Assembly: GCF_044704955.1 (NCBI RefSeq)
Contig: NW_027254484.1
Coordinates: 124,001 to 188,000, forward strand
Direction of reading: 5' to 3'
Length of the DNA stretch: 64,000 nt
Source of the DNA: Pristiophorus japonicus
Taxonomy: Eukaryota
The notes beneath the pieces are model-generated. The model did no database searches and was not told where the DNA came from. It saw only the letters and a list, made by a program, of their open reading frames with translations. A program made the translations under genes and the position numbers. Positions 62,329 to 64,000 of the stretch are shown here, in pieces; position 1 is the first letter of the stretch; every line of letters begins with the position of its first letter.

Positions 62329-63000
62329 GTTTGCCGCACGCTCCTTCCGCTGCCTTGCGCTTGCTTTCTGCGTGCTCGCAATTGGCGACGAGACTCGAGG
62401 TGCTCGGCGCCCTCCCGGATGCACTTCCACCACTTAGGGGTGGGACTGGTCTTTGGGCCAGGGGGGACTCCCAGGTGTCGGTGGTGGGGGGCGGGGGTGT
62501 TGCACTTTATCAGGGGAGCGGGTGTGTCCCTTGCAGAACGTTTCCTCTGCCCACCTTGGGGCTCGCGCGCCCGTGCAGGAGTTCCGAGTCGAGCGCTCGC
62601 TTCGGGAGTCTGGTGTCTGGGGGGCGGGGGAGGGGAACATGCGGACAATATCTGAATATATTTACAGAGAGATTTATATCAACGGAATGAGATCAATATC
62701 TGTCCATCAATCTATCTGTAAATACACCAACGGGGGAATGAGTCAGCGAGGGAACTATTCAGGGGCATAATATTACTCTTCTATATTGATAAAGCTCAAA
62801 ATATATTAATTGGGGCACTTGGGATATTCCGGGGTCAATATTGATTTTTGAGCGTCTAAAATCCAGAGTTCCAAAATTCGGAATGTTTCGGAATCCAGAC
62901 TCTCCCCCCCCCCCCCCCTTGTGAGACTTGTGGGGGCGGGGGGAGGGGGTGTGTGCGGGGGTGGGGAGCGCGCGCGTCGGCCATTTGCATTGTCTCAACG

Positions 63001-63044
63001 CTCGCCCGTCTTCCTCCTCCCCCCTCCCCCCCCACCCCTTGCAG
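63001..63044 (+). promoter_or_regulatory. Putative 3' splice acceptor of the ZNF terminal exon (also AG at 7067-7068 -, 23232-23233 -, 47460-47461 +)
   Basis: ~35-nt pyrimidine tract ending ccccttgcag|gg, about 530 nt before the ATG in the intact copies (Z1, Z2, Z5). Confidence 0.55.
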
Positions 63045-63577
63045 GGCCAGCGAGAGACACCGACCTCTCTCTCTCTCCGTGGGCTGTTCCCCCGCTCCTG
63101 CCCCCCTCCCCCCCAACGCCCCCCCTCGGGAAGAAGAGGAGGAGGAGAAACAAAAGAGCAAGGGGGTCTGCGGGCAGGGGTGAGAGGTGGGGGGGGGGGA
63201 AAAGGAGGTTTGCTGGCAGAGGTGTGCGATCGTCGCCCCGCTCCCCCTCCCCCCGCAAAGAGACCGGCGCGTGACAAGCGACTCGACCCAGCGGCGACCA
63301 ACAGCGACAACCGTGGGGCCCGGAACGGACGCCCCCCCCACCCTCCGGAGCAAGAAGCCTCGACGGACAATCCATCGACCCCCCCCTCTGCCTCGGACTA
63401 TTTATCTCGCCACTCGCGACCCCCCCTTGCCGGCTGTGACGATCGCGAGGGAGAGAGAAGAAGGGCGGTAGACGTGGGTACTCCGTCGGAAGGCGGGAGG
63501 GAGAGGAGGGAGACGGCGCGGGCGGCTGGCGATGCGCGCGGTCGGGTAGCGCCCCCACCCTCCCCCGCCCCGGGACG

Positions 63578-64000
63578 ATGACGCGCCGGGCCCCGCTCCG
63601 CCGGGGGAGGCCCGGCCCGCCCGCCCCCCGCCGCCCCCACCGCTGCGGCGACTGCGGCAAGCGCTTCCCGGGCGCCTGGCCCCTCTGGCGCCACCGGGCC
63701 CTGCACCCGCCCCGCACGCCCTTCATCTGCTCCTCCTGCGGGCGGGGCTTCGGCTACTTCCCGCTGCTGGCCCGCCACCGCTGCCGGCCGCCGCCGTCGC
63801 CGCCGCCGACGACGCCGCCCGCCGGCGCGCCGGACCCGCGCGGCGACGCGCAGCGCTGCCGCTCCTGCGGCCTGGACTTTGCCCTGCCCGAGCTGCTGGC
63901 CCGCCACTCCTGCGAGCGCCAGCGCCCGTACCTGTGCCCGCTGTGCCCCAAGCGCTTCGCCACGCCCTGGTACCTCCAGAAGCACCGGCGCCGTCACGGG
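63578..64000 (+). CDS. ZNF copy Z5, 5' part (runs off the window)
   Basis: gggacgATGacgcgccgg; translates MTRRAPLRRGRPG...CGDCGKRF..., matching the Z1 N-terminus. Confidence 0.88.
   Translation, partial: MTRRAPLRRGRPGPPAPRRPHRCGDCGKRFPGAWPLWRHRALHPPRTPFICSSCGRGFGYFPLLARHRCRPPPSPPPTTPPAGAPDPRGDAQRCRSCGLDFALPELLARHSCERQRPYLCPLCPKRFATPWYLQKHRRRHG

Overview
Eukaryotic (vertebrate) DNA, most likely a cartilaginous fish, inferred from the CR1/HER1-type LINE fragments with (CATAGAAA)n tails. The whole window is a young segmental amplicon. It holds five copies of a very GC-rich C2H2 zinc-finger gene with a single coding exon and about 20 fingers: two intact on the minus strand, two 5'-damaged on plus, and one running off the right end. 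The copies sit in a repeated module of dead CR1 fragments, an AT-rich ~150-bp satellite, a 32-bp G-quadruplex minisatellite, a CpG-rich ~310-bp element and a Tigger-like MITE. Modules follow a strict ZNF-empty-empty order and flip orientation at ~28053. The only promoter/first-exon-like unique sequence lies at ~24575-24900. Most notable: (i) the two coding VNTRs in the ZNF ORF are also arrays of perfect TF sites (TGACGTCA plus CCAAT every 27 bp; TGCGCATGCGCA every 42 bp); (ii) every complete copy has a variable-length N block at the same 3'UTR position, between a stem-loop and the poly(A) signal; (iii) the stop codon is a TGA in the second Cys slot of a 21st finger. No prokaryotic genes, tRNA, rRNA or CRISPR array are visible. 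Repeat coordinates are approximate (+/-20 bp) and were read by eye.
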